Shown: positions 1-9,410, counted from the first letter of the stretch. The stretch: 14,944 nt of DNA from Candidatus Cryosericum sp. (GCA_049699855.1 JBNAWM010000028.1:1-14944); one strand, 5' to 3'. The notes: generated by a model not told the origin, from the letters alone. Program-made: numbers and translations.

Positions 1-1018
1 CTCTGTTCAGGTCCAGCTCTTTCACCACGGCAAGGCTCTGCGCGGCGAACGCTTCGTTCAGCTCGATGAGGCCGATGTCGTTCAGGGACAGCCCGGACCT
101 TGCAAGCGCCTTGCGGGTCGCTGGCACGGGGCCGATGCCCATGATGGTGGGGTTCACGCCCGCAACGCCTGCGGCCACAAAGCGGACAAGAGGCTTCAAG
201 CCAAGCTCTGCCGCCTTTTCTTCCGAGGTCACGAGGACGGCTGCGGCTCCGTCGTTGCGCGTCGAACTGTTGCCCGCCGTGACGCTTCCGTCTTCTTTGA
301 AGGCCGGTTTGAGCCGTGCCATCTTCTCGAGACTTGTATCCCTCCGGGGGCCTTCATCCGTATCGACCATGAGGCTCTGTGCTTTTCCGGCCGGGATGCT
401 CATCGGAACGATCTCGTCGGCAAACCTGCCTGCATCGATGGCGGCAACAGCTCGCACGTGGCTTGCGTAGGCAAATTCATCCTGCTCTGCACGGGTGATG
501 CCATACTTCTGCGCCAGGTTCTCGGCGGTCATGCCCATGCTGAAGGAACCGTACAGCTCTTCGGGCTGCGATTTGGGCTGGCTTTCGGTGTTTGGGTCCA
601 CCAGGACGCCATTTCCGGAGCGGTAGCCGTATCGTGCGTTGCGCAGGTAGTACGGCGCCGTGCTCATGCTCTCCACCCCGCCAGCAACCACGATGTCGGC
701 ATAGTCCGCCTGGATCTGCCACACGGCATTCAGGATGGCTTGCAGGCCTGAGGAGCACTGTCTGTGTACGGTATAGGCCGGGACTTCTTCCGGGAATCCG
801 GCTTTCAGCGCCGCTACCCGAGCGATATTGGGCGCGTCGGCGTGTTGTTTCGCCTGCCCAAGCACCACCTCGTCCACAAGCGACTTGTCGATGCCCGAGC
901 GGGCGATGACGGCCTCCAGGACCGTGCGTGCCAACTCGATGTCCGAAACATCCTTGAACATCCCGCCCATACTTCCGATGGGCGTTCTGAGTGCAGATGC
1001 AATGACTACTGACTTCAT
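1..1018 (-). CDS. Acetyl-CoA C-acyltransferase (thiolase); 3' end lies beyond the window edge
   Basis: Not in the ORF track because it has no stop in the window. Manual translation from ATG at 1018 (SD AGGAGG at 1025-1030): MKSVVIASALRTPIGSMGG...VHRQCSSGLQA (catalytic Cys)...AGGVESMS...MGMTAE...TAGNSSTRNDGAAA...MGIGPVPA...IELNEAFAAQ. These are canonical thiolase motifs. Confidence 0.95.
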   Translation of the reverse strand, partial: MKSVVIASALRTPIGSMGGMFKDVSDIELARTVLEAVIARSGIDKSLVDEVVLGQAKQHADAPNIARVAALKAGFPEEVPAYTVHRQCSSGLQAILNAVWQIQADYADIVVAGGVESMSTAPYYLRNARYGYRSGNGVLVDPNTESQPKSQPEELYGSFSMGMTAENLAQKYGITRAEQDEFAYASHVRAVAAIDAGRFADEIVPMSIPAGKAQSLMVDTDEGPRRDTSLEKMARLKPAFKEDGSVTAGNSSTRNDGAAAVLVTSEEKAAELGLKPLVRFVAAGVAGVNPTIMGIGPVPATRKALARSGLSLNDIGLIELNEAFAAQSLAVVKELDLNR

Positions 1019-1079
1019 GGAATGCCTCCTGCCCGGATATCGGCCGCCCGAGGCGGCCACTGTATGGATTCAGCCTGCG

Positions 1080-2417
1080 TCAGGCGATGGCTCCAAGGAT
1101 GCGGTCCAGTCGCTCCAGCGTCACCTCATAATCATGGTCCGAGTGGACGAGGGATGTATAGAACGGCTTGTGCGGATGGATGTAGATGCCCTCGGTCAGG
1201 CATGCGAAGTCGAATGCCTCCCGCAGGGCCCGGTCCTCGGCCGCGAGGTCGCGGTAGTTCCGAATGGGCCTCTCGCTCATGATCACGCCGAAATTGGCGC
1301 CCAGTCCGGCAACATGCCCGGGGATGTGATGCAGTGCAAGCAGGTCACGGATGCCGGATTTGAACTCCTCGGTTGCCGCGTAGAAGGGCGCTGTCCGCGA
1401 GTGGTCGGACAGGATCTTCAGCGTGGCCAGCCCTGCGGCAAGCACCGGGACCGATCCGTTGAAGGTACCCGAATGGAAGACGCTTCCACCGGGGGCGAGC
1501 GGAGAGGTCAGCTCCAGCAGGTCCGCGCGTCCTGCCACGGCTCCGATGGGAAACCCTCCCCCAATGATCTTGCCCAGTGTCATGAGGTCGGGCTGGACAC
1601 CAAAAACAGCGCCTGCTCCCTGGGGACCGGACCGGAATCCCGACATGACCTCGTCGAAGATGAGCACCATGCCCAGCTCTTGGCTCAGCTTGCGCAGACC
1701 CGCAAGGAACGCTGGGTCGGTCTGGTAGAAAGCGCGCGGTGCCGGCTCGACGATGATGGTACCCACGCGGCCTTGGTGGGCGGTTAACAGAGTCCTGCAG
1801 GCCTCAAGGTCATTGAACGGGAGGACCAGGGTGTCGGCCAGGATCGAAGCCGGTGTTCCCAGAGACCCCGCTACCGAGGCTGGTTGGTCGGGACTGCCGT
1901 AAGCTGCGGGCGGAGGGGTGTTGCTCAGCACTCCCTCGTAGTGCCACCCATGGTAGTGCCCCTCGAACCGGGCGATGGCGGGCTTTTCCGTTGCGGCGCG
2001 GCCCAGCTGAAGTGCCAGGTAGGTTGCTTCGGAGCCGCTGTTGGTCAGGCGGACCTTGCCCGGGATGGGCAGCATGGACATCAGTTTCTCGGCGTACCGG
2101 ATCTCCAGTTCGTGCGGAGTGCCAAAGATCGTCGTGCCCATGGATGCCAGCGACTCCTCCACAGCCTTCACGACCGCGGGATGGCCGTGGCCCAGAATCA
2201 GGGGACCGAAGGCGAGGCAGTAGTCAATGTACTCGTTTCCATCGACATCCCAGAGATGCGAACCCCCTGCCCGCTGCATGAACAGCGGATAGGGGGCAAA
2301 GAACTTGACGTTGGCCACGACACCAGCCGGCAGAACCTGCTGGCCTCGCTCACTCAGCGCTCGGGATGCCGGTGTCTTCGCTGTATACAGCTCCTTGAAC
2401 TCAGCGGAAGACTTCAC
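1080..2417 (-). CDS. Class III PLP aminotransferase, HemL/GSA-aminomutase-like; candidate beta-amino acid or beta-aminoacyl-CoA transaminase
   Basis: Motifs LWDVDGNEYID, NSGSEA, FEGHYHG, FDEVMSGFR, LGKIIGGG (PLP Lys), SGTFNG. GTG start with SD AGGAGG at 2424-2429. Has PAGVVANVKFF where true HemL has PGGVNSPVRAF, so it is not called hemL. Confidence 0.85.
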   Translation of the reverse strand: MKSSAEFKELYTAKTPASRALSERGQQVLPAGVVANVKFFAPYPLFMQRAGGSHLWDVDGNEYIDYCLAFGPLILGHGHPAVVKAVEESLASMGTTIFGTPHELEIRYAEKLMSMLPIPGKVRLTNSGSEATYLALQLGRAATEKPAIARFEGHYHGWHYEGVLSNTPPPAAYGSPDQPASVAGSLGTPASILADTLVLPFNDLEACRTLLTAHQGRVGTIIVEPAPRAFYQTDPAFLAGLRKLSQELGMVLIFDEVMSGFRSGPQGAGAVFGVQPDLMTLGKIIGGGFPIGAVAGRADLLELTSPLAPGGSVFHSGTFNGSVPVLAAGLATLKILSDHSRTAPFYAATEEFKSGIRDLLALHHIPGHVAGLGANFGVIMSERPIRNYRDLAAEDRALREAFDFACLTEGIYIHPHKPFYTSLVHSDHDYEVTLERLDRILGAIA

Positions 2418-2427
2418 ATCGCGCCTC

Positions 2428-3768
<1,341 letters not shown>

Positions 3769-3770
3769 GT

Positions 3771-5051
3771 TCATTCCTCCTTGTGATAGGTTTGACGACG
3801 CTTTTCGCGCAACGTTCCGGGTGGTGTCAGGTCGTAGGCGTCCTGTGTGAAGATCTTGGCGATGCCCTCTGGAGGCACCTTCCGTTTCTGCTCATCACAG
3901 ATGGCGCATGTTGCGGGACAGGTGCTCCTGGTGTCCTGGGGTTCGGGGTAGGAGACGATGACGCCCTCATAGTTTCGCAGGACGATGCGGTCCGGCGAGA
4001 TCGAGAGGATGTAGTTGGGGCTGACCGGGATCTTGCCGCCGCCGTGCGGTGCATCGACGACAAATTGCGGCACCGAGAATCCGCTGGTGTGGCCGCGCAG
4101 GAACTCCATGATCTCAATGCCTTTGGTGACCGAGGTGCGGAAGTGGCTGATGCCGCTGGTCAGGTCGCACTGATAGATATAGTAGGGTCTGACCCGGATC
4201 GCGACCAGTTTCTGGACAAGGTCCTTCATGATATAAGGACAGTCATTGACGCCCTTCAGAAGGACCGACTGATTGCCCACCGGGATGCCTGCATCCACCA
4301 GCATGGCGATGGCGCGCGAGGATTCGGGGGTGATCTCGGCTGGATGATTGAACTGCACGTTCATCCACAATGGATGGTACTTGCGCAGCATGGCGCACAG
4401 TTCCGGCGTCACACGCTGGGGCAGTGTCACGGGCGCCCGCGTGCCGATGCGCACGACCTCGACGTGCTGAATCTTGCGGATCTCACTGAGAACGTATTCG
4501 AGGAAGTTGTCGTCGACCAGCAGGGCGTCGCCGCCCGAGAGGAGAACGTCCCTGATCTCCTCGTGGTCGCGGATATAGGCGATGGCGGCATCGACTTCGG
4601 CTTTGGAGCGTCTGCCGTCGGTCTGTCCCGCAAGGCGCCGGCGCGTGCAGTGGCGGCAGTACATGCCACACTGGTCCGTGATGAGAAACAGCACACGGTC
4701 CGGATAGCGGTGCGTCAGTCCATGGACTGGCGAATCAACGTCCTCGTAGAGTGGGTCGTCCAGGTCGCTCGGCGCAGATTGCAGTTCGAGTGCGGACGGG
4801 ACGCTTTGCTTGAGGATCGGATCGTCCGGATTGTCCTGGTCGATGAGCATGGCATAGTATGGCGTGATGGCCATGCGAAATCTGGAAAGGGCTGCGGTGA
4901 CGCCCGACCTCTGCTCTTCGGTGAGATGAATGACCTGCGATAGTTTTTCGACTGTCTGGATACGATTGGCAACCTGCCATCGCCAGTCATTCCAGTCCTG
5001 CTCCGATACATTCTTCCAGAGGGGCACATCAGTGTACTTGTAATCCGGCAA
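3771..5051 (-). CDS. kamA: L-lysine 2,3-aminomutase (radical SAM/PLP)
   Basis: WNDWRWQ, LTHRYPDRVL, CxxxCxxC (CGMYCRHC), LLSGGD, YIYQCD, VVDAPHGGGK (PLP Lys) and a C-terminal Cys cluster (CPATCAIC), closely resembling clostridial KamA. The real start is TTG at 5051 with SD AAAGGAGGAGG at 5058-5068; the longer track ORF (to 5168) runs through tRNA-Ala. Confidence 0.95.
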   Translation of the reverse strand: MPDYKYTDVPLWKNVSEQDWNDWRWQVANRIQTVEKLSQVIHLTEEQRSGVTAALSRFRMAITPYYAMLIDQDNPDDPILKQSVPSALELQSAPSDLDDPLYEDVDSPVHGLTHRYPDRVLFLITDQCGMYCRHCTRRRLAGQTDGRRSKAEVDAAIAYIRDHEEIRDVLLSGGDALLVDDNFLEYVLSEIRKIQHVEVVRIGTRAPVTLPQRVTPELCAMLRKYHPLWMNVQFNHPAEITPESSRAIAMLVDAGIPVGNQSVLLKGVNDCPYIMKDLVQKLVAIRVRPYYIYQCDLTSGISHFRTSVTKGIEIMEFLRGHTSGFSVPQFVVDAPHGGGKIPVSPNYILSISPDRIVLRNYEGVIVSYPEPQDTRSTCPATCAICDEQKRKVPPEGIAKIFTQDAYDLTPPGTLREKRRQTYHKEE

Positions 5052-5071
5052 GGAACACCTCCTCCTTTCGA

Positions 5072-5147
5072 TGGTGGAGATGGCGGGATTTGAACCCGCG
5101 ACCTCATGGATGCAAACCATGCGCTCTCCCAACTGAGCCACATCCCC
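5072..5147 (-). tRNA. tRNA-Ala(UGC), CCA encoded
   Basis: GGGGATGTGGCTCAGTTGGGAGAGCGCATGGTTTGCATCCATGAGGTCGCGGGTTCAAATCCCGCCATCTCCACCA folds into a 76-nt cloverleaf with anticodon TGC and the G3:U70 alanine identity pair. Confidence 0.98.
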
Positions 5148-5172
5148 ACATATGCAGACGCAAAACACGGAA

Positions 5173-5249
5173 TGGTGGGCCTCTCTGGATTCGGACCAGA
5201 GACCTCGTCCTTATCAGGGACGCGCTCTAACCAACTGAGCTAGAGGCCC
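5173..5249 (-). tRNA. tRNA-Ile(GAU), CCA encoded, with C at position 55
   Basis: GGGCCTCTAGCTCAGTTGGTTAGAGCGCGTCCCTGATAAGGACGAGGTCTCTGGTCCGAATCCAGAGAGGCCCACCA, 77 nt. All four stems pair, anticodon GAT, T-loop TCCGAAT. Confidence 0.96.
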
Positions 5250-5277
5250 ACGTACAACTTTCCTTTTTCCAAAGGCT

Positions 5278-5305
5278 ATTCTACCGTGAATTGGCCTGCT
5301 GTCAA
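5278..5305 (-). promoter_or_regulatory. Sigma70-type promoter for the tRNA-Ile/tRNA-Ala/kamA unit
   Basis: TTGACA (5305-5300), 16 nt, TAGAAT (5283-5278), ending 28 nt upstream of tRNA-Ile. Confidence 0.8.
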
Positions 5306-5320
5306 GGCACAGGAATCTCT

Positions 5321-5938
5321 TCAGCCGTAGCGCTCTTCCTTCCATGGGTCGCCATGCATGTGGTAGCCGCGCGACTCCCAGTATCCGGGGCGGTCCTCCT
5401 GCATGAACTCGAAGCCCGAGACCCACTTTGCATCTTTCCACGCGTACAGCGATGGGACCAGCAGGCGCAGGGGGCCTCCGTGCGCCGGGGCGAGCGGAAG
5501 TCCTTTCCATTCCCAGACCAGCATGGTGTCATCGGCCAGCAGGGCTTCCACCGGCATGTTCGCCGTGAACTCCGTCACACTGTGCGCCATGACGAAGTGC
5601 GCCTGGGGCGTCAACTGGACGCCTGCGGCCTCCAGGACGTCGCGTACCAGGGCGCCACCCCACTCTGTCCCCAGCATCGACCACCCCGTCACGCAGTGAA
5701 AGTCTGCAGTCATAACAGTATGTTTGACGTTCATGAGGTCCTTCCATGTCATTTCGGCCGGCTGGAGCACCTCACCCCAGAACCTGAGGCTGAAGCGCTC
5801 GACGTCGACTTCAGGGACCCCTTCGGCAGTCAGCGTGTAGAACGTGGTGGTCACGGACTGATTGGGTGGAACGCGCGGCCGCGCTGGCCGTGGGGCAAAC
5901 TCTGGCCCGTCTGCTGGTTTACGTTGAAAGATTCCCAT
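5321..5938 (-). CDS. Sulfite-oxidase-family molybdopterin-dependent oxidoreductase (YuiH-like, cytoplasmic)
   Basis: DFHCVTGWS (Mo-ligating Cys), HGGPLRLLVPSLYAWKDAKWV, GYWESRGYH..GDPWKEERY. SD AAAGGAG upstream; no Tat signal. Confidence 0.9.
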   Translation of the reverse strand: MGIFQRKPADGPEFAPRPARPRVPPNQSVTTTFYTLTAEGVPEVDVERFSLRFWGEVLQPAEMTWKDLMNVKHTVMTADFHCVTGWSMLGTEWGGALVRDVLEAAGVQLTPQAHFVMAHSVTEFTANMPVEALLADDTMLVWEWKGLPLAPAHGGPLRLLVPSLYAWKDAKWVSGFEFMQEDRPGYWESRGYHMHGDPWKEERYG

Positions 5939-5983
5939 TGGCTTGCTCCTTTCCGAAAGCCATGCTCACGCACCCCTCGCTCT

Positions 5984-7237
5984 TCAAACGCTGATCGACA
6001 AAAATCGCTTCTTGCCCACCCGCATCCGGATGGGCGAGTGATCCAGACTCACGCGGAAACCAATCTCGGACACACGCTGTCCTTCTACTTCGATGCCTCC
6101 CTGCTGAATCAGCCGCCGCGCTTCCGACTTGGAGGGCACGGCTCCCAGTCCATACAGCAGGTCGATGAGAGCGACATCTTGCTGGCCGGCAAATTCGGGC
6201 GGTAGTGGCACTTCTTCGTAGGCGATGTCGGCAGACGCCGTGGAAGCCCTGTTGCTGAACACATTCTCAAAGTTGGTCTGGGCTGCTTCAGCGCCGTCTG
6301 CGCCGTGGAATCGCTCTGTCACCAGGTAGGCGAGGCGCTTCTTGGCAGCCATCGGGTGCACTGACCCTTCCGTGATGCCGCTCATGAGGCGGCGAATCTC
6401 CTCTTCCGGCAGCGTGGTGAGCAATGTGAAGTACTGCTCCATGAGGCCATCAGGGATCGACATGCACTTGCCATACATGTCCACGGCGTTCTCCGCTATG
6501 CCGATGTAGTTGCCAAGACTCTTGCTCATTTTCTGCACGCCATCCAGCCCTGGCAGGATGGGCATCATGAACGCAACCTGCGCCTTCTGTCCCACCGCAA
6601 CCTGCAGTTCGCGAGCAAGGAGGAAATTGAACTTCTGGTCCGTGCCTCCCAGTTCCACATCCGCTTCGACGGCGACCGAGTCGTATCCCTGCATCAGCGG
6701 GTAAAAGAACTCGTGAAAGAAGATCGCGACCTGGCTGTGATACCGCTTGGAGAAATCATCGCGTTCCAGGATCTGCTGAATGGTGAAGCGGGAGGCAAGG
6801 CGGATGATCTCCTCAAACGACAGCTTGCCCAGCCACTCGCCATTGTAGCGGATCTCCGTCTTGTGCGGATCCAGGATGCGATAGACCTGTTCGAAGTAGG
6901 TTTTGGCATTCGCGTCGATCTGCTCGCCGGTCAGTGGCGGGCGTGTCTTGGAGCGCCCCGACGGGTCGCCGATGCGCGCAGTGTAGTCGCCGATAATAAA
7001 GACAACCTGGTGCCCCAGGTCCTGAAACTGCCTCAGCTTGTCCAGCACCACGGCATGCCCGAGGTGGAGGTCGGGAGCGCTGGGATCAGCCCCCAGCTTT
7101 ACCCTGAGCGGCCTTCCCGATGAGACCGAAGTCCTGATTTTCTCGGCCAGGTTGTCCTCGCTCACAATCTCTGCCGCACCTCGCCTTAGGATGCTCAGCT
7201 GATGCTGGACTTCCTGTTCTATCTGTTTGTTTTCCAT
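5984..7237 (-). CDS. tyrS: Tyrosine--tRNA ligase
   Basis: GADPSAPDLHLGH (HIGH), IGDPSGRS, YPLMQGYDS, GGTDQKFN, KMSKS and a C-terminal S4 domain (SKSEARRLIQQGG...VGKKRF). ATG at 7237 with SD GAGGTG; the upstream extension in the track overlaps thiN. Confidence 0.97.
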   Translation of the reverse strand: MENKQIEQEVQHQLSILRRGAAEIVSEDNLAEKIRTSVSSGRPLRVKLGADPSAPDLHLGHAVVLDKLRQFQDLGHQVVFIIGDYTARIGDPSGRSKTRPPLTGEQIDANAKTYFEQVYRILDPHKTEIRYNGEWLGKLSFEEIIRLASRFTIQQILERDDFSKRYHSQVAIFFHEFFYPLMQGYDSVAVEADVELGGTDQKFNFLLARELQVAVGQKAQVAFMMPILPGLDGVQKMSKSLGNYIGIAENAVDMYGKCMSIPDGLMEQYFTLLTTLPEEEIRRLMSGITEGSVHPMAAKKRLAYLVTERFHGADGAEAAQTNFENVFSNRASTASADIAYEEVPLPPEFAGQQDVALIDLLYGLGAVPSKSEARRLIQQGGIEVEGQRVSEIGFRVSLDHSPIRMRVGKKRFLSISV

Positions 7238-7239
7238 GT

Positions 7240-7908
7240 TCACCTCGCGGTTGATATCTCGATCTGGCGTTTCCATGCGATCATGAGGACTGTCCCCTCG
7301 TCGATGCCGGCGCGCTGGACGGGGTCGCGGACCACGTTGCTCAACAGGCGCGTCGATCCCTGCTGTATCAGCGCATGGCTGATGGGGTATTCGAAACCAT
7401 CCAGGCTCACCCTGACGTGCGGACTGCAGGGGACAAATGACACGGTCGTCCCCACCCTCAGGTGCAGAACGATGTCCTGCGCAAGCGGTCTGGCCACGCA
7501 CCGGTCGTCCTCGAACGTGATGCCCTTGAACTGCGGCAGGTACCGCACTGCGAGCTGGAGGTTGAACAGCAGATGGTCGAGCCGGCCTCCCAGCCCCGCC
7601 AGCACCAGCACGCTGTCGGTGCGCCGCTGTCGGATGAGTTCTTCAAAAGTGGCCTCCAGATCCGACACGTCCTTGTGCGACGGCAAGGTGATGACGGTGG
7701 TCTGATCTGGCTTGAGCCCAGCCAGCAGTTCGGGCGGAGCAGAGTCGCCGTCCCCCACAAACAGGTCAGGCACCAGTCCCAGCTCGGCTATGACGGCCAG
7801 GCCCCGGTCTACAGCGACGAGGAAGGCACCCGCAAGATCCAGGGTGCGCAGAAACGCGATCGGTCCGGGCTCTCCTCCGGCGACGACAATGGTGGACGCG
7901 GCCGCCAT
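7240..7908 (-). CDS. thiN: Thiamine diphosphokinase
   Basis: AVDRG, VGDGDS, KDVSDLE, GGRLDHLLFN, LDGFEYP, SNVV. Lies directly after rpe as in the conserved rpe-thiN pair. ATG at 7908. Confidence 0.9.
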   Translation of the reverse strand: MAAASTIVVAGGEPGPIAFLRTLDLAGAFLVAVDRGLAVIAELGLVPDLFVGDGDSAPPELLAGLKPDQTTVITLPSHKDVSDLEATFEELIRQRRTDSVLVLAGLGGRLDHLLFNLQLAVRYLPQFKGITFEDDRCVARPLAQDIVLHLRVGTTVSFVPCSPHVRVSLDGFEYPISHALIQQGSTRLLSNVVRDPVQRAGIDEGTVLMIAWKRQIEISTAR

Positions 7909-7918
7909 GGGCCCTTCC

Positions 7919-8581
7919 TCACTCGCCCTTGAGCGTACGCACGAAGGCAGACGGATCGTCAGCTCTGAAGAAGGCAGACCCCGTCGACAGCTCGGTCGCT
8001 CCGGCCTCGCGGAGTGATGCGGCATTTGAGGCGTCGACACCGCCGTCTACCGCAATCCTGAGCGGAAGACCGGCATGGTCCGCAGCAGCGCGCAGTGTCT
8101 GGATCTTTGCCAGCGTGCCGCCAAGGAATGCCTGTCCGCCGAAGCCAGGCTCGACCGACATGAGAAGCACCGTGTCCAGACGGCCCAACAGCGGGATGAC
8201 CACCTCTGCCGGGGTGGCAGGATTGACGGCCACACCCCTGCGGATACCGGCGCGCTTCAGGAGGTCGAGCGCCCGGAAGGGGAACCGCGTCGCCTCGATG
8301 TGGAACAGCACCTCTTGCACACCGGTGCCGATGATGGCATCGAAGGCAGACTCGGGCTGGTCGATCATGAGGTGCGCTCCGCACGGCATGCGCGATGCTC
8401 GGACGATGTCCGCCGCGATGGACCACCCAAAGGAGATGTTGGGAACGAAATGCCCGTCCATGATGTCCAGGTGAACGCTGTCGGCTCCAGATGCGCGGAT
8501 GCGTTCAAGATTGGTGCCAAGCATGGCAAAGTCCGTGCTGAGCACCGAGACTGAAACGGTGATGCGCTCCACCGGGCTCAT
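7919..8581 (-). CDS. rpe: Ribulose-phosphate 3-epimerase
   Basis: HLDIMDGHFVPNISFG, HLMI, NPATP, MSVEPGFGGQ, VDGGV; the His/Asp metal ligands are present. Confidence 0.96.
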   Translation of the reverse strand: MSPVERITVSVSVLSTDFAMLGTNLERIRASGADSVHLDIMDGHFVPNISFGWSIAADIVRASRMPCGAHLMIDQPESAFDAIIGTGVQEVLFHIEATRFPFRALDLLKRAGIRRGVAVNPATPAEVVIPLLGRLDTVLLMSVEPGFGGQAFLGGTLAKIQTLRAAADHAGLPLRIAVDGGVDASNAASLREAGATELSTGSAFFRADDPSAFVRTLKGE

Positions 8582-9276
8582 GGCACCTTGGAGACCGTCA
8601 GCTCGATCCAGCCGCCCTTCTCGATGGCGTCTCCGGCGACTGGCTCCTGCATGAGCACCAGCTGTGGAGGCTGGGTGGTCTGGGCCGACACGATGACCTT
8701 GCTGACCGAAAGCCCCAGGGCGGCGACCTGCTTCTTGGCCTCTGTCAGTGAAAGACCCACGAGGTCGGGCATGATGGAAAGCGTCCCCTTGCTGATGGTC
8801 AACGTCACCACGGACCCCTGGTTGACCTCGGAGTTCGCGGGAGGGTCCTGTGCCAGCACGGTGCCGACCGGGCTTGGATCCACCTGCTCGACGAGGTCGC
8901 CCAGCACGAGCTTGTTGGCGGTGATGAACGACTGCGCCGTCTCAAAACTGCCGCCCACGAAGTTGGCGAGCGTGACCGTGACGGGGCCCGAGCTGGTCAC
9001 CACCTTGATGATGCGTCCCTTCTGGACGACGGTCTGTGGTTCAGGGTCCTGCCTGAGCACGAAATCGACCGGCATCACAGCCGAAGACTCGGAGGAGGTG
9101 ACCTCGACCTGGCAGCCGACGGCTGCGGCCTTGGTCTCAGCCTGACGGATGCTGAGACCGACGATGGCAGGCGCAAGCACCATGGACTCCCCGGTGGAGG
9201 TCGATGAACAGCCGCTGGCCATGAGCGCACATGCCATTACTACTGCCAGGATATATCGAGAAAGCCGTTGCTTCAT
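8578..9276 (-). CDS. PASTA-domain protein (three PASTA repeats), predicted lipoprotein, no kinase domain
   Basis: MKQRLSRYILAVVMACALMASGC signal peptide with lipobox-like ASGC, then three repeats of the pattern P-x-x-V-G-x-S...V-L-x-Q-x-P...V-S-x-G. ATG at 9276 with SD GAGG; the stop overlaps the rpe start. Confidence 0.85.
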   Translation of the reverse strand: MKQRLSRYILAVVMACALMASGCSSTSTGESMVLAPAIVGLSIRQAETKAAAVGCQVEVTSSESSAVMPVDFVLRQDPEPQTVVQKGRIIKVVTSSGPVTVTLANFVGGSFETAQSFITANKLVLGDLVEQVDPSPVGTVLAQDPPANSEVNQGSVVTLTISKGTLSIMPDLVGLSLTEAKKQVAALGLSVSKVIVSAQTTQPPQLVLMQEPVAGDAIEKGGWIELTVSKVP

Positions 9277-9383
9277 GGAATCAACCTCACCTCTGAGCAG
9301 ACAGGCCTGGGTGCCGCCGTCTGCCGCATGCGACTGCACGGGCGCGCTTTGAGCACCAGTACAGGGCAATCATACTCTTTATA

Positions 9384-9410
9384 AGTATACGTTCAGTCAC
9401 AAATAGTCAA
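9384..9410 (-). promoter_or_regulatory. Candidate promoter for the PASTA-rpe-thiN-tyrS run
   Basis: TTGACT (9410-9405), 15 nt, TATACT (9389-9384) in an AT-rich divergent intergenic region; the spacer is short. Confidence 0.5.

Noticed and set aside
1080..2417. hemL
   Set aside because: Lacks the GGVNSPVR motif and has no tetrapyrrole gene context.
3771..5051. EpmB, AblA/AblB osmolyte system or glutamate 2,3-aminomutase
   Set aside because: Full-length KamA with the C-terminal Cys cluster and both lysine-binding Asp motifs; no efp/epmA or ablB next to it.
5072..5147. tRNA-Ala as an integration site for a genomic island carrying kamA
   Set aside because: No integrase, no duplicated tRNA 3' end seen in the window and no obvious compositional shift; a far boundary outside the window cannot be excluded.
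5052..5168. N-terminal extension of KamA in the ORF track (MFCVCICGDVAQLGER...)
   Set aside because: It is the translation of tRNA-Ala; the strong SD and the start of KamA homology point to TTG at 5051.
7238..7260. T-box riboswitch upstream of tyrS
   Set aside because: Only 2 nt separate thiN and tyrS, so there is no leader.
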